Assembly (NCBI RefSeq): GCF_988243305.1
Contig: NZ_OZ547136.1
DNA length: 64,000 bases
Strand: one strand, 5' to 3'
The notes beneath the pieces were generated by a model. That model did no database searches. It saw only the letters and a program-made list of their open reading frames with translations, and had not been told where the DNA came from. Within the stretch, counting starts at the first letter, position 1; the number at the start of each line of letters is the position of its first letter. Made by a program: the position numbers and the translations under genes. This document shows positions 53,042-62,670 of the stretch, piece by piece.

Positions 53042-54094
53042 TCAGGCGATAGTAATTTTGCTATCGAGATAAACGTCCTGCACGGCGTTAATCAGTTTCA
53101 CGCCGTCAGCCATCGATTTCTTGAACGCCTTACGTCCAAGAATCAGCCCCATTCCGCCAGCGCGTTTGTTGATGACCGCAGTACGCACTGCATCGCTGAG
53201 GTCAGTTTCACCGCCTGCAGCACCGCCGGAGTTTATCAACCCTGCCCGGCCCATATAGCAGTTAGCTAACTGATAACGCACCAGATCAATCGGGTTTTCG
53301 CTGGTCAATTTGCTATAAACACGATCGTCGGTATAACCGTAATTAATCGCTTTATAGCCGCCGTTATTTTCCGCCATTTTTTGTTTGACGATATCCGCAC
53401 CTATAGTCGCCGCCAGATGGTTTGCCTGACCGGTCAGGTCGGCGGAAACATGGTAATCAACGCCATCTTTCTTAAAGGCGGAGTTACGCAAATAGGCCCA
53501 CAGCACTGTCACCATGCCCAGCTCGTGCGCACGTTCAAAAGCCGCAGAAATTTCTTCAATCTGGCGTCGTGACTCTTCCGAGCCAAAATAGATAGTCGCC
53601 CCAACCGCCACCGCGCCCATGTTGAACGCCTGCTCCACGCTGGCATACAGCGTTTGATCGTAGGTATTCGGGTAACTTAGCGTCTCGTTGTGATTAAGTT
53701 TGACGAGGAATGGAATGCGATGCGCGTAACGCCGCGATACCGACGCCAGCACGCCGTAAGTTGACGCCACGCAGTTACAGCCCGCTTCGATCGCCAGTTC
53801 AACAATGTTTTTCGGGTCAAAGTAGAGCGGGTTAGCGGCAAATGAAGCTCCGGCAGAGTGCTCAACGCCCTGGTCAACCGGCAGAATAGAAAGATATCCT
53901 GTGCCAGCCAGACGCCCAGTGTTGTACAACGTCTGCATATTACGTAACACCGCTGGCGGGCGATTATTGTCAATCATCACGCGGTCTACGTAGTCATGTC
54001 CGGGGAGATAAAGCTGGTCAGAAGGAATAGTCATACAACGGTGCTGTAAAAGGTTGTCGGCGTCTTTGCCAAGCAACTGCGCAATATCTGTCAT
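53042..54094 (-). CDS. fbaB: Fructose-bisphosphate aldolase class I
   Basis: Track ORF 374 aa; I start at [32 protein letters not shown] (350 aa, ATG 54092-54094). Confidence 0.9.
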
Positions 54095-54350
54095 TACTAT
54101 GCTCCCGTAAATTCCGATTGGATATCGGCTATGGATTGTCCTGGCCCGCCTTTTGCGGGCAATCATAATCCTGGTCGTTACAGGCGAGTTTTTCCATCTT
54201 TTGGATGTTTTTTCAGCGTTTTCTGTTGGCTCGATTCATCAGAAAAAATGTTACCGCGGTCAAGTTTTCACCGCAAAGGTATTTAAAAGGTATTATTAAA
54301 TGGTATTGTCATCGCGTACCTTACATTACCTGTCATGAAGGAATTAAAAG

Positions 54351-55628
54351 ATGAAAACAACAGCAAAGCTGTCGTTCATGATGTTTGTTGAATGGTTTAT
54401 CTGGGGCGCGTGGTTTGTGCCATTGTGGTTGTGGTTAAGTAAAAGCGGTTTTAGTGCCGGAGAAATTGGCTGGTCGTATGCCTGTACCGCCATTTCGGCG
54501 ATCCTGTCGCCAATTCTGGTTGGCTCCATCACTGACCGCTTTTTCTCGGCGCAGAAAGTGCTGGCGGTATTGATGTTCGCTGGCGCGGTACTGATGTATT
54601 TCGCTGCGCAACAGACCACTTTTGCCGGGTTCTTCCCGTTACTGCTGGCCTACTCGCTAACCTATATGCCGACCATTGCGCTGACTAACAGTATCGCTTT
54701 TGCCAACGTGCCGGATGTGGAGCGTGATTTCCCACGCATTCGTGTGATGGGCACTATCGGCTGGATTGCCTCCGGTCTGGCATGTGGATTTTTGCCGCAA
54801 ATGCTGGGTTATGCCGATATCTCTCCGACTAACATCCCGCTGCTGATTACCGCCGGAAGTTCTGCTCTGCTCGGTGTGTTTGCGTTTTTCCTGCCCGACA
54901 CGCCGCCAAAAAGCACCGGCAAAATGGACATTAAAGTCATGCTCGGCCTGGATGCGCTGATCCTGCTGCGCGATAAAAACTTCCTCGTCTTTTTCTTCTG
55001 TTCATTTCTGTTTGCGATGCCACTGGCGTTCTATTACATCTTTGCCAACGGTTATCTGACCGAAGTTGGCATGAAAAACGCCACCGGCTGGATGACGCTC
55101 GGCCAGTTCTCTGAAATCTTCTTTATGCTGGCATTGCCGTTTTTTACCAAACGCTTTGGTATCAAAAAGGTATTATTGCTTGGTCTGGTCACCGCTGCGA
55201 TCCGCTATGGCTTCTTTATTTACGGTAGTGCGGATGAATATTTCACCTACGCGTTACTGTTCCTCGGTATTTTGCTTCACGGCGTAAGTTACGATTTTTA
55301 CTACGTTACCGCTTACATCTATGTCGATAAAAAAGCCCCCGTGCATATGCGTACCGCCGCGCAGGGGCTGATCACGCTCTGCTGCCAGGGCTTCGGCAGT
55401 TTGCTCGGCTATCGTCTTGGCGGTGTGATGATGGAAAAGATGTTCGCTTATCAGGAACCGGTAAACGGGCTGACCTTCAACTGGGCCGGGATGTGGACTT
55501 TTGGCGCGGTGATGATTGCCATTATCGCCGTGCTGTTCATGATTTTTTTCCGCGAATCCGACAACGAAATTACGGCTATCAAGGTCGATGATCGCGATAT
55601 TGCGTTGACACAAGGGGAAGTTAAATGA
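54351..55628 (+). CDS. yegT: Nucleoside:H+ symporter-family MFS transporter YegT
   Basis: 425-aa hydrophobic ORF MKTTAKLSFMMFVEWFIWGAWFVPLWLWL, resembling the NupG/XapB family. Confidence 0.85.
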   Translation: MKTTAKLSFMMFVEWFIWGAWFVPLWLWLSKSGFSAGEIGWSYACTAISAILSPILVGSITDRFFSAQKVLAVLMFAGAVLMYFAAQQTTFAGFFPLLLAYSLTYMPTIALTNSIAFANVPDVERDFPRIRVMGTIGWIASGLACGFLPQMLGYADISPTNIPLLITAGSSALLGVFAFFLPDTPPKSTGKMDIKVMLGLDALILLRDKNFLVFFFCSFLFAMPLAFYYIFANGYLTEVGMKNATGWMTLGQFSEIFFMLALPFFTKRFGIKKVLLLGLVTAAIRYGFFIYGSADEYFTYALLFLGILLHGVSYDFYYVTAYIYVDKKAPVHMRTAAQGLITLCCQGFGSLLGYRLGGVMMEKMFAYQEPVNGLTFNWAGMWTFGAVMIAIIAVLFMIFFRESDNEITAIKVDDRDIALTQGEVK

Positions 55629-56629
55629 AAACAGAACGTATTCTCGGTGCTCTTTACGGGCAGGCGTTAGGGGATGCGATGGGGATGCCCTCCGAGCTTT
55701 GGCCACGCAGCCGCGTTAAAGCACACTTTGGCTGGATTGACCGTTTTCTGCCTGGACCAAAGGAGAATAACGCGGCCTGTTATTTTAACCGCGCCGAATT
55801 CACCGACGATACCTCGATGGCGCTGTGTCTGGCGGATGCGTTGCTGGAACGTGAAGGCAAGATCGATCCGGATCTGATTGGGCGTAATATTCTCGACTGG
55901 GCGCTACGTTTCGACGCCTTCAACAAAAACGTGCTAGGTCCGACCTCGAAGATTGCGCTTAACGCCATTCGCGACGGTAAACCCGTTGCTGAACTGGAAA
56001 ACAACGGCGTGACCAACGGCGCAGCGATGCGCGTCTCGCCATTAGGTTGTTTGCTTCCGGCGCGCGATGTTGATTCCTTTATTGATGATGTGGCGCTGGC
56101 GTCCAGCCCGACCCATAAATCCGATCTGGCGGTTGCAGGTGCGGTAGTCATCGCGTGGGCAATTTCTCGTGCCATTGACGGAGAAAGCTGGTCAGCGATT
56201 GTTGATTCTCTACCCTCGATTGCGCGACATGCACAGCAAAAACGCATCACCACCTTCAACGCCTCACTGGCGGCGCGGCTGGAGATTGCGCTGAAAATTG
56301 TGCGCAATGCCGACGGCACCGAATCCGCCAGCGAACAGCTTTACCAGGTCGTTGGCGCAGGTACCAGCACTATTGAGTCCGTTCCGTGCGCCATTGCGCT
56401 GGTTGAACTGGCTCAAACCGACCCGAACCGTTGCGCCGTCCTGTGCGCTAACCTTGGCGGCGACACAGACACCATCGGTGCTATGGCAACAGCAATTTGC
56501 GGCGCGTTGCATGGCGTTAAAGCAATCGATCCTGCGTTAAAGACGGAACTGGATGCGGTAAATCAGCTTGATTTCAACCGCTATGCCACAGCGCTGGCGA
56601 AATATCGTCAACAACGGGAGGCGGTATGA
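55625..56629 (+). CDS. yegU: ADP-ribosylglycohydrolase-family protein YegU
   Basis: 334-aa ORF MKTERILGALYGQALGDAMGMP, the typical DraG/ARH family N-terminus; overlaps the yegT stop by 4 nt. Confidence 0.85.
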   Translation: MKTERILGALYGQALGDAMGMPSELWPRSRVKAHFGWIDRFLPGPKENNAACYFNRAEFTDDTSMALCLADALLEREGKIDPDLIGRNILDWALRFDAFNKNVLGPTSKIALNAIRDGKPVAELENNGVTNGAAMRVSPLGCLLPARDVDSFIDDVALASSPTHKSDLAVAGAVVIAWAISRAIDGESWSAIVDSLPSIARHAQQKRITTFNASLAARLEIALKIVRNADGTESASEQLYQVVGAGTSTIESVPCAIALVELAQTDPNRCAVLCANLGGDTDTIGAMATAICGALHGVKAIDPALKTELDAVNQLDFNRYATALAKYRQQREAV

Positions 56630-57591
56630 GCGGCGCTCGATTACACACGCTGCTGCCTGAATTAACCACGCGTCAGTCGGTGATGGTCGTCGGCGCGGCG
56701 GTCATTGACGTGATCGCCGACGCTTATGCCCTCCCCTGGCGTGGGTGCGATATCGAACTGAAACAGCAGAGCGTTAACGTTGGCGGCTGCGCACTGAATA
56801 TTGCCGTGGCGTTAAAGCGCCTCGGCATCGAAGCGGGTAATGCCCTGCCGCTCGGTCAGGGCGTGTGGGCGGAGATTATTCGCAACCGGATGGCGAAAGA
56901 GGGGTTAATCAGCCTGATCGATAACGCTGAAGGCGATAACGGCTGGTGTCTGGCGCTGGTTGAGCCGGATGGCGAACGCACTTTTATGTCATTCAGTGGT
57001 GTGGAAAATCAGTGGAATCGCGAATGGCTGGCGCGATTAACCGTTGCGCCTGGCAGCCTGCTCTATTTTTCCGGTTATCAACTGGCCTCGCCCTGCGGCG
57101 AATTGTTAGTGGAATGGCTGGAAGAGCTGCAAGACGTGACGCCGTTTATCGATTTTGGCCCACGTATTGGTGATATCCCGGATGCATTACTTGCGCGGAT
57201 CATGGCCTGTCGACCTGTCGTATCACTCAATCGTCAAGAGGCTGAGATTGCCGCCGAACGTTTTGCTTTATCCGCAGAGATAACAACGCTTGGCAAGCAA
57301 TGGCAGGAAAAATTTGCCGCGTCGTTGATCGTTCGTCTCGATAAAGAAGGTGCCTGGTATTTCAGCGACAACACGTCAGGCTGCGCTCCCGCATTTCCAA
57401 CGCAAGTTGTAGACACCATTGGCGCAGGTGATAGCCACGCAGGTGGCGTACTTGCCGGGCTGGCCTCCGGTCTGCCACTGGCGGATGCCGTATTACTGGG
57501 CAATGCAGTGGCATCGTGGGTTGTCGGACATCGGGGCGGTGATTGCGCGCCGACGCGCGAGGAACTACTCCTCACACACAAAAACGTATAG
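56626..57591 (+). CDS. yegV: PfkB-family carbohydrate/nucleoside kinase YegV
   Basis: 321-aa ORF with the PfkB C-terminal motif DTIGAGDSHAGG; overlaps the yegU stop by 4 nt. Confidence 0.85.
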   Translation: MSGARLHTLLPELTTRQSVMVVGAAVIDVIADAYALPWRGCDIELKQQSVNVGGCALNIAVALKRLGIEAGNALPLGQGVWAEIIRNRMAKEGLISLIDNAEGDNGWCLALVEPDGERTFMSFSGVENQWNREWLARLTVAPGSLLYFSGYQLASPCGELLVEWLEELQDVTPFIDFGPRIGDIPDALLARIMACRPVVSLNRQEAEIAAERFALSAEITTLGKQWQEKFAASLIVRLDKEGAWYFSDNTSGCAPAFPTQVVDTIGAGDSHAGGVLAGLASGLPLADAVLLGNAVASWVVGHRGGDCAPTREELLLTHKNV

Positions 57592-58311
57592 ATCGCTACG
57601 ACAGTGGCTGATGCTGTACTCAATAGGCCGTTGCTGTTGGTCAAGTGCCACTTGCTTGATCACCAGCACCGGTATTTTGCTATCTAACTGAATATGTGAC
57701 TGAAACTCAGCATCCGGCATTCGGGCGCTAACACGGGAACGGGTACGCTTTGGAAAAATATGCTGACTGCGAAAGTAGTCATAGAGAGAAATACCGATGG
57801 CATCAACATCATGAATTAAATGCGCCGGAACCCACGATTCCTCAATGGATACCGCGTCTTCATCGACATAGCGAATACGCTTAAGCAAAAAGACATCACT
57901 GCCCGCTTCGACCGCCAGTTGCTGCGCCACCTCTTCAGGGCATTTAACCACTCGCTTGTTAACCCACAGCGTATCGGGCTTTTTCCCGCGCAACACCACC
58001 TGTTGAGAAAAACCTCGCGCTTCTTTCAACGAGTATTCAAAGATGTTGTTGATCTGCGTGCCGTAACCACGCGAACGTGTCACCACGCCCTCTTCTTCCA
58101 GCGCCTGCATCGCCTTGCGCACCGTAATACGCGAAACGCCGGTTAACTGACTTAAATCACGCTCGCCGGGTAAAATATTGCCATGTTCCAGCACCCCGCT
58201 GCGCACGGCATTTTTTACCGTTTCGGCAAACTTAATATAAAGCGGCGTGTTGTCCGCCGCTAAAATACGTTCATTCAGTTGAGCAATAAGCTGGGTATGC
58301 GCTTGTTCCAT
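57565..58311 (-). CDS. yegW: GntR/HutC-family transcriptional regulator YegW
   Basis: 248-aa ORF with an N-terminal GntR HTH (LPGERDLSQLTGVSRITVRKAMQALEEEGVV) and a UTRA-like C-terminal domain. Confidence 0.85.
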   Translation of the reverse strand: MEQAHTQLIAQLNERILAADNTPLYIKFAETVKNAVRSGVLEHGNILPGERDLSQLTGVSRITVRKAMQALEEEGVVTRSRGYGTQINNIFEYSLKEARGFSQQVVLRGKKPDTLWVNKRVVKCPEEVAQQLAVEAGSDVFLLKRIRYVDEDAVSIEESWVPAHLIHDVDAIGISLYDYFRSQHIFPKRTRSRVSARMPDAEFQSHIQLDSKIPVLVIKQVALDQQQRPIEYSISHCRSDLYVFVCEE

Positions 58312-58362
58312 TTGTCTTTTTCCAGGCGATGAGTCTGGAGGAAGTATATCACTGCTGGTTAT

Positions 58363-59181
58363 TTAAGGCGTTTCTTTAATGTCATCAACGAAAGCCTGCA
58401 ATTCCTCCACCTTGCCATTAAACACATTAAAATCCACCGGACCATTAATGCCATCTACCTGTCCACGGTCGGAATGCTGCCAGAAGTGCCAGGCCATTCC
58501 GTCATTGTCCGGACGACGTTGATAATAGTGCGCCACCCACCACGGATACTCATTGAAATACCCCGCCAGATTCGTGTGATAAAACACGGCTCCGGAGTAA
58601 ATAATCGGCTTTTTTCCCGTGCTTTTTTCGACCATTTTTAGCCACTGACTTACCCGCTTGCGTAATTCTTTTGCCGATAATTTTCCTCGCTCTTCTACGT
58701 CCAGCACGGCAGGGAAATCGCCGTGGGCAAAATCCACCGTTTGCAGAAATAATCTGGCCTGAACTGAAGCGGATACCGACGGGGAAAAATAATGATACGC
58801 CCCGCGCAGCAGGCCATTTTCGCGGCTTAGTTGCCAGTTACGCGAAAAATAGGGGTCCACCAGCTTTTCGCCTTCCGTCGCCTTAATAAAGGCAAATTGT
58901 AAGCGAATACCGTTATCGCGCATTTTTGCCACCCGCTGCCAGTCGATCCGTTCCTGCCAGCGCGAAACATCTATTCCGTGAATGGTGTAACTGGCAGGAA
59001 TGCGAATAGCGAAAGATTTAACCGGGCGATAACCGTAGAAGTGGATGTAGTCTTTAATCTGAATTGCTGTCGAATAGAAAAAATTCACCGTCTGACGCGG
59101 ATGAATCGCAACGATGGAAATTAGCCCAAGAGAGCATAATAAAGCGGTGAATTTTTTTCGACTGGTGATTCTAAGCTGCAT
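58363..59181 (-). CDS. yegX: Glycoside hydrolase family 25 (lysozyme-like) protein YegX
   Basis: Start placed at MQLRITSRKKFTALLCSLGLISIV (272 aa); an ATG three codons upstream (59188-59190) is an alternative. GH25-like DVSRWQ motif after the signal/anchor sequence. Confidence 0.8.
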   Translation of the reverse strand: MQLRITSRKKFTALLCSLGLISIVAIHPRQTVNFFYSTAIQIKDYIHFYGYRPVKSFAIRIPASYTIHGIDVSRWQERIDWQRVAKMRDNGIRLQFAFIKATEGEKLVDPYFSRNWQLSRENGLLRGAYHYFSPSVSASVQARLFLQTVDFAHGDFPAVLDVEERGKLSAKELRKRVSQWLKMVEKSTGKKPIIYSGAVFYHTNLAGYFNEYPWWVAHYYQRRPDNDGMAWHFWQHSDRGQVDGINGPVDFNVFNGKVEELQAFVDDIKETP

Positions 59182-59245
59182 TGGTTTCATCCCTGAATGT
59201 CAGCGCCAAAGACTGACAATAACCAAAGCAGCTATAGTAAGGTGC

Positions 59246-60046
59246 TCACCACCACGCGTGGAAGTGGTGAACCGGACCAATACCGTGACCAACTTCCAGC
59301 GTGTCGGCCTGGGCTAACGCCGATGAAAGCCAGCTTTTTGCCTCCTGTACGGTGTCAGCCCAGTTTGTATGGCGCGGGCGTAGTGCAGCCAACGCCGCAG
59401 AGAGTGTACAACCAGTGCCGTGGGTGTTTTTGGTCATAATGCGCGGTGCGGTAAACCGTTGTTCACCCTCGCGGGTAAACAGCCAGTCCGGGCTTTGCTC
59501 ATCATCCAGATGACCACCTTTCATTAGCACTGCGCCACAGCCCATCGCCAACAGCGATCGCCCTTGTTCCAGCATTTCCTGTTCGGTGCGCGCGTGTGGC
59601 GCGTCGAGCAAGGCGGCAGCTTCGGGCAAGTTTGGCGTTATTAATGAAACCTGTGGCAATAATCGACTGCGCAGCGTAGCAACCGCCGAAGGTGAAAGCA
59701 GCGGGTCGCCGCTTTTTGCCAGCATAACGGTGTCGAGTACCACGTTTTGGATCTGATAACGTTGCAACCTTTCTGCCACCGCTTCAACAATATCGGTTTC
59801 CGCCAACATACCGATTTTAGTGGTGTCGATTCGCACATCGCTGAACACCGAATCGAGCTGGGCGGCGACAAAATCAGGCTCAATGCGATACACCGACTGT
59901 ACGCCACGGGTATTTTGCGCCACCAGTGCAGTAATCACTGAGCAACCATAAGCGCCAAGTGCCGAGAAGGTTTTAAGATCGGCCTGAATCCCCGCACCAC
60001 CACTCGGATCAGTACCGGCAATCGTCAGAGCGTTAATTCGTTTCAT
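59246..60046 (-). CDS. thiD: Hydroxymethylpyrimidine/phosphomethylpyrimidine kinase
   Basis: 266-aa [37 protein letters not shown], a canonical ThiD N-terminus. Confidence 0.93.
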   Translation of the reverse strand: MKRINALTIAGTDPSGGAGIQADLKTFSALGAYGCSVITALVAQNTRGVQSVYRIEPDFVAAQLDSVFSDVRIDTTKIGMLAETDIVEAVAERLQRYQIQNVVLDTVMLAKSGDPLLSPSAVATLRSRLLPQVSLITPNLPEAAALLDAPHARTEQEMLEQGRSLLAMGCGAVLMKGGHLDDEQSPDWLFTREGEQRFTAPRIMTKNTHGTGCTLSAALAALRPRHTNWADTVQEAKSWLSSALAQADTLEVGHGIGPVHHFHAWW

Positions 60047-60831
60047 GCCTGCACCTCCTGCGTCAATTGCCAGAGCGCATCAAGGAAATGTGGAACAAAA
60101 CTGCCTGGCCCCTCGCTTCTGGCGGCTGCGCGTTCTCCGGCTTGTTTCATCCAGTGACAGGCAGATGCGACATTTTCCAGCATATCGCCTGGTAACGCAC
60201 AACAGGCAGCGACAACCGCCGATAATGCACAGCCAGTTCCTACCACTTTGGTCATTAACGGATCGCCACCGTGAATACCAATGATACGATGTCCATCGGT
60301 AACATAATCCATCTCGCCAGTGACCACGACGATTGCGCCAGTTTCCCGTGCCAGTGTTTGTGCAGCGGGTATCGCGTTAGCTGCGGCGTCAGTGGTATCC
60401 ACTCCCCGTCCACCATTAGCAACGCCAGCTAATGCCATGATTTCCGAAGCATTACCACGTATGGCGGTTGGCTTATGAGACAGAAGTTCCAGACAAAAAC
60501 GGCGGCGATAATCGAGTGCACCCACCGCTACTGGATCAAGCATCCAGGGTGTTTGAGAGCGTTTTGCCTGTTCAACGGCGGCACGCATCGCCTGTGCGCG
60601 TGGCTGCGTCAGTGTGCCAACGTTAATCAGCAACGCACTGGCGATAGCCGCAAACTGACTGGCCTCTTCGGTTTCGATGACCATTGCTGGCGATGCACCG
60701 AGCGCCAGTAAGGTATTGGCAGTAAAGGTTTGCACCACATCGTTGGTCATGCAGTGCACAAGAGGGGAATGTTGGTGAAAAAGGTGTAACGCGTGCGCAG
60801 ATTGCGCGGAACTCAGCAGGTCGACTTGCAT
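60043..60831 (-). CDS. thiM: Hydroxyethylthiazole kinase
   Basis: 262-aa [39 protein letters not shown]; 4-nt overlap with thiD. Confidence 0.93.
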   Translation of the reverse strand: MQVDLLSSAQSAHALHLFHQHSPLVHCMTNDVVQTFTANTLLALGASPAMVIETEEASQFAAIASALLINVGTLTQPRAQAMRAAVEQAKRSQTPWMLDPVAVGALDYRRRFCLELLSHKPTAIRGNASEIMALAGVANGGRGVDTTDAAANAIPAAQTLARETGAIVVVTGEMDYVTDGHRIIGIHGGDPLMTKVVGTGCALSAVVAACCALPGDMLENVASACHWMKQAGERAAARSEGPGSFVPHFLDALWQLTQEVQA

Positions 60832-60975
60832 AGTTTGCTCCTGCCATAACGTGAAGAAGCAATGACCTGGTGGTCCGTGACTTCCCTACGCTGGCATTAT
60901 CCAGATCAGGTGATACGGGTATTTCTCAGCCTTCACGCAGAAGGGCACCCCGAGTCGTTTGATTGCGATGATAAA
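60832..60975 (-). promoter_or_regulatory. TPP (thi-box) riboswitch in the thiM 5' leader
   Basis: Reverse complement of ~60878-60955 reads GACTCGGGGTGCCCTTCTGCGTGAAGGCTGAGAAATACCCGTATCACCTGATCTGGATAATGCCAGCGTAGGGAAGTC, containing the conserved CTGAGA and thi-box core and lying directly upstream of thiM. Confidence 0.9.
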
Positions 60976-61053
60976 TCGCAGAGGAGGATGGTAATGTCCA
61001 GCGCACGCGTTGTAAACGAGGAAAAACGGCAGTTTTACAATAGCGTTAATAAA

Positions 61054-61326
61054 TTATTTGATATAAGAATCCAGCACCTTCAGAACGACATCCAGATCTT
61101 CTTCACGTTTTAGCTCATCCCCCTGGTGAACGATGTGTTCCGTCAGATGACCTTTAATCACTTCCCGCATCAGACCGTTTACCGCGCCACGGATAGCAGC
61201 AATCTGTTGTAAAACTGCAGCGCATTCGTGCGGCTCGTCGAGCATTTTCTTGAGCGCCACGACCTGGCCCTGAATCTTACTGGCACGCGCTTTCAGTTTC
61301 TGTTTATCACGGATGGTATGAGACAT
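61054..61326 (-). CDS. rcnR: Ni(II)/Co(II)-responsive transcriptional repressor RcnR (CsoR/RcnR family)
   Basis: 90-aa [32 protein letters not shown]...; divergent from rcnA. Confidence 0.92.
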
Positions 61327-61374
61327 GGCAACACCTGGTTAATAAGAATATGAAAAATCATAGCACTATTAATC

Positions 61375-61409
61375 TACTGGGGGGTAGTATCAGGTACTGG
61401 GGGGGAGTA
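61375..61409. promoter_or_regulatory. Two RcnR operator sites (TACT-G6/7-N-AGTA) in the rcnR-rcnA intergenic region
   Basis: TACTGGGGGGTAGTA at 61375-61389 and TACTGGGGGGGAGTA at 61395-61409, read directly; matches the known G-tract-containing RcnR operator. Confidence 0.85.
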
Positions 61410-61446
61410 GAATCAGATTGCCGAATTAATACTAAGAATTATTATC

Positions 61447-62271
61447 ATGACCGAATTTACAACTCTTCTTCAGCAAGGAAACGCCTGGTTCTTCATCCCC
61501 AGCGCCATCTTACTTGGTGCGCTTCATGGCCTGGAACCAGGGCACTCAAAAACGATGATGGCGGCGTTTATCATCGCCATCAAAGGCACCATTAAACAGG
61601 CGGTGATGCTCGGACTGGCAGCAACCATTTCGCATACCGCAGTGGTCTGGTTGATTGCCTTTGGCGGGATGGTGATCAGCAAGCGCTTTACTGCTCAATC
61701 AGCAGAACCGTGGCTCCAGTTGATTTCCGCAGTGATCATTATTGGCACCGCGTTCTGGATGTTCTGGCGTACCTGGCGCGGCGAACGAAACTGGCTGGAG
61801 AATATGCACGAGCATGATCATGAGCATCATCACCACGATCACGAAGATCACCACGACCATGGACATCATCACCATCACGAACATGGCGAGTATCAGGATG
61901 CCCATGCACGAGCCCATGCCAATGACATTAAACGACGCTTTGATGGTAGAGAGGTCACCAACTGGCAAATTTTGTTATTTGGCTTAACCGGTGGCCTTAT
62001 CCCCTGCCCGGCAGCAATTACCGTGCTGTTGATTTGCATTCAGTTGAAAGCCCTGACACTGGGCGCAACACTGGTCGTCAGTTTCAGCATTGGCCTGGCG
62101 TTAACGCTGGTCACCGTAGGCGTTGGCGCAGCAATCAGCGTTCAGCAGGTCGCAAAACGCTGGAGCGGATTTAACACTCTCGCTAAACGCGCCCCCTATT
62201 TTTCCAGTCTGTTGATTGGCTTAGTTGGTGTGTATATGGGCGTACATGGCTTCATGGGCATAATGCGATAA
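61447..62271 (+). CDS. rcnA: Nickel/cobalt efflux protein RcnA with His-rich cytoplasmic loop
   Basis: 274-aa ORF MTEFTTLLQQGNAWFFIPSAILLGALHGLEPGHSK with the loop HEHDHEHHHHDHEDHHDHGHHHHHEHGEY. Confidence 0.93.
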   Translation: MTEFTTLLQQGNAWFFIPSAILLGALHGLEPGHSKTMMAAFIIAIKGTIKQAVMLGLAATISHTAVVWLIAFGGMVISKRFTAQSAEPWLQLISAVIIIGTAFWMFWRTWRGERNWLENMHEHDHEHHHHDHEDHHDHGHHHHHEHGEYQDAHARAHANDIKRRFDGREVTNWQILLFGLTGGLIPCPAAITVLLICIQLKALTLGATLVVSFSIGLALTLVTVGVGAAISVQQVAKRWSGFNTLAKRAPYFSSLLIGLVGVYMGVHGFMGIMR

Positions 62272-62489
62272 CTCAATCCTTTAGGCTTGCATGTTATCTT
62301 CAGCCCAGGATGATTCTTAAATCAGCTATTTCCGCTGACTCTCTGCTCGCTAAGGATGCTTTTAGGGCATCCTTTCATTTACACTTTTTACGAAATCATG
62401 GGATCACTAACAAAATATCGCTTGTCAGTTATATTGTATGGCAGGAAAGATATGCGACTGATATTACAGATCCCCAAAGTGGAGAGTTT

Positions 62490-62670
62490 ATGACCATTAA
62501 AAATAAGATGTTGCTGGGTGTGCTTTTGCTGGTTACCAGTGCCGCCTGGGCCGCACCAGCCACCGCGGGTTCGACCAATACCTCGGGAATTTCTAAGTAT
62601 GAGTTAAGCAGTTTCATTGCTGACTTTAAGCATTTCAAACCAGGCGATACCGTCCCAGAGATGTACCGCA
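62490..62670 (+). pseudogene. rcnB: rcnB (yohN) 5' fragment, interrupted after about codon 60 by IS10
   Basis: MTIKNKMLLGVLLLVTSAAWAAPATAGSTNTSGISKYELSSFIADFKHFKPGDTVPEMYR, then the frame runs into IS10 terminal sequence (..IRRSPHNFPKA*). RBS ggagag precedes the ATG at 62490. The remainder of the gene would lie beyond the window. Confidence 0.8.
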
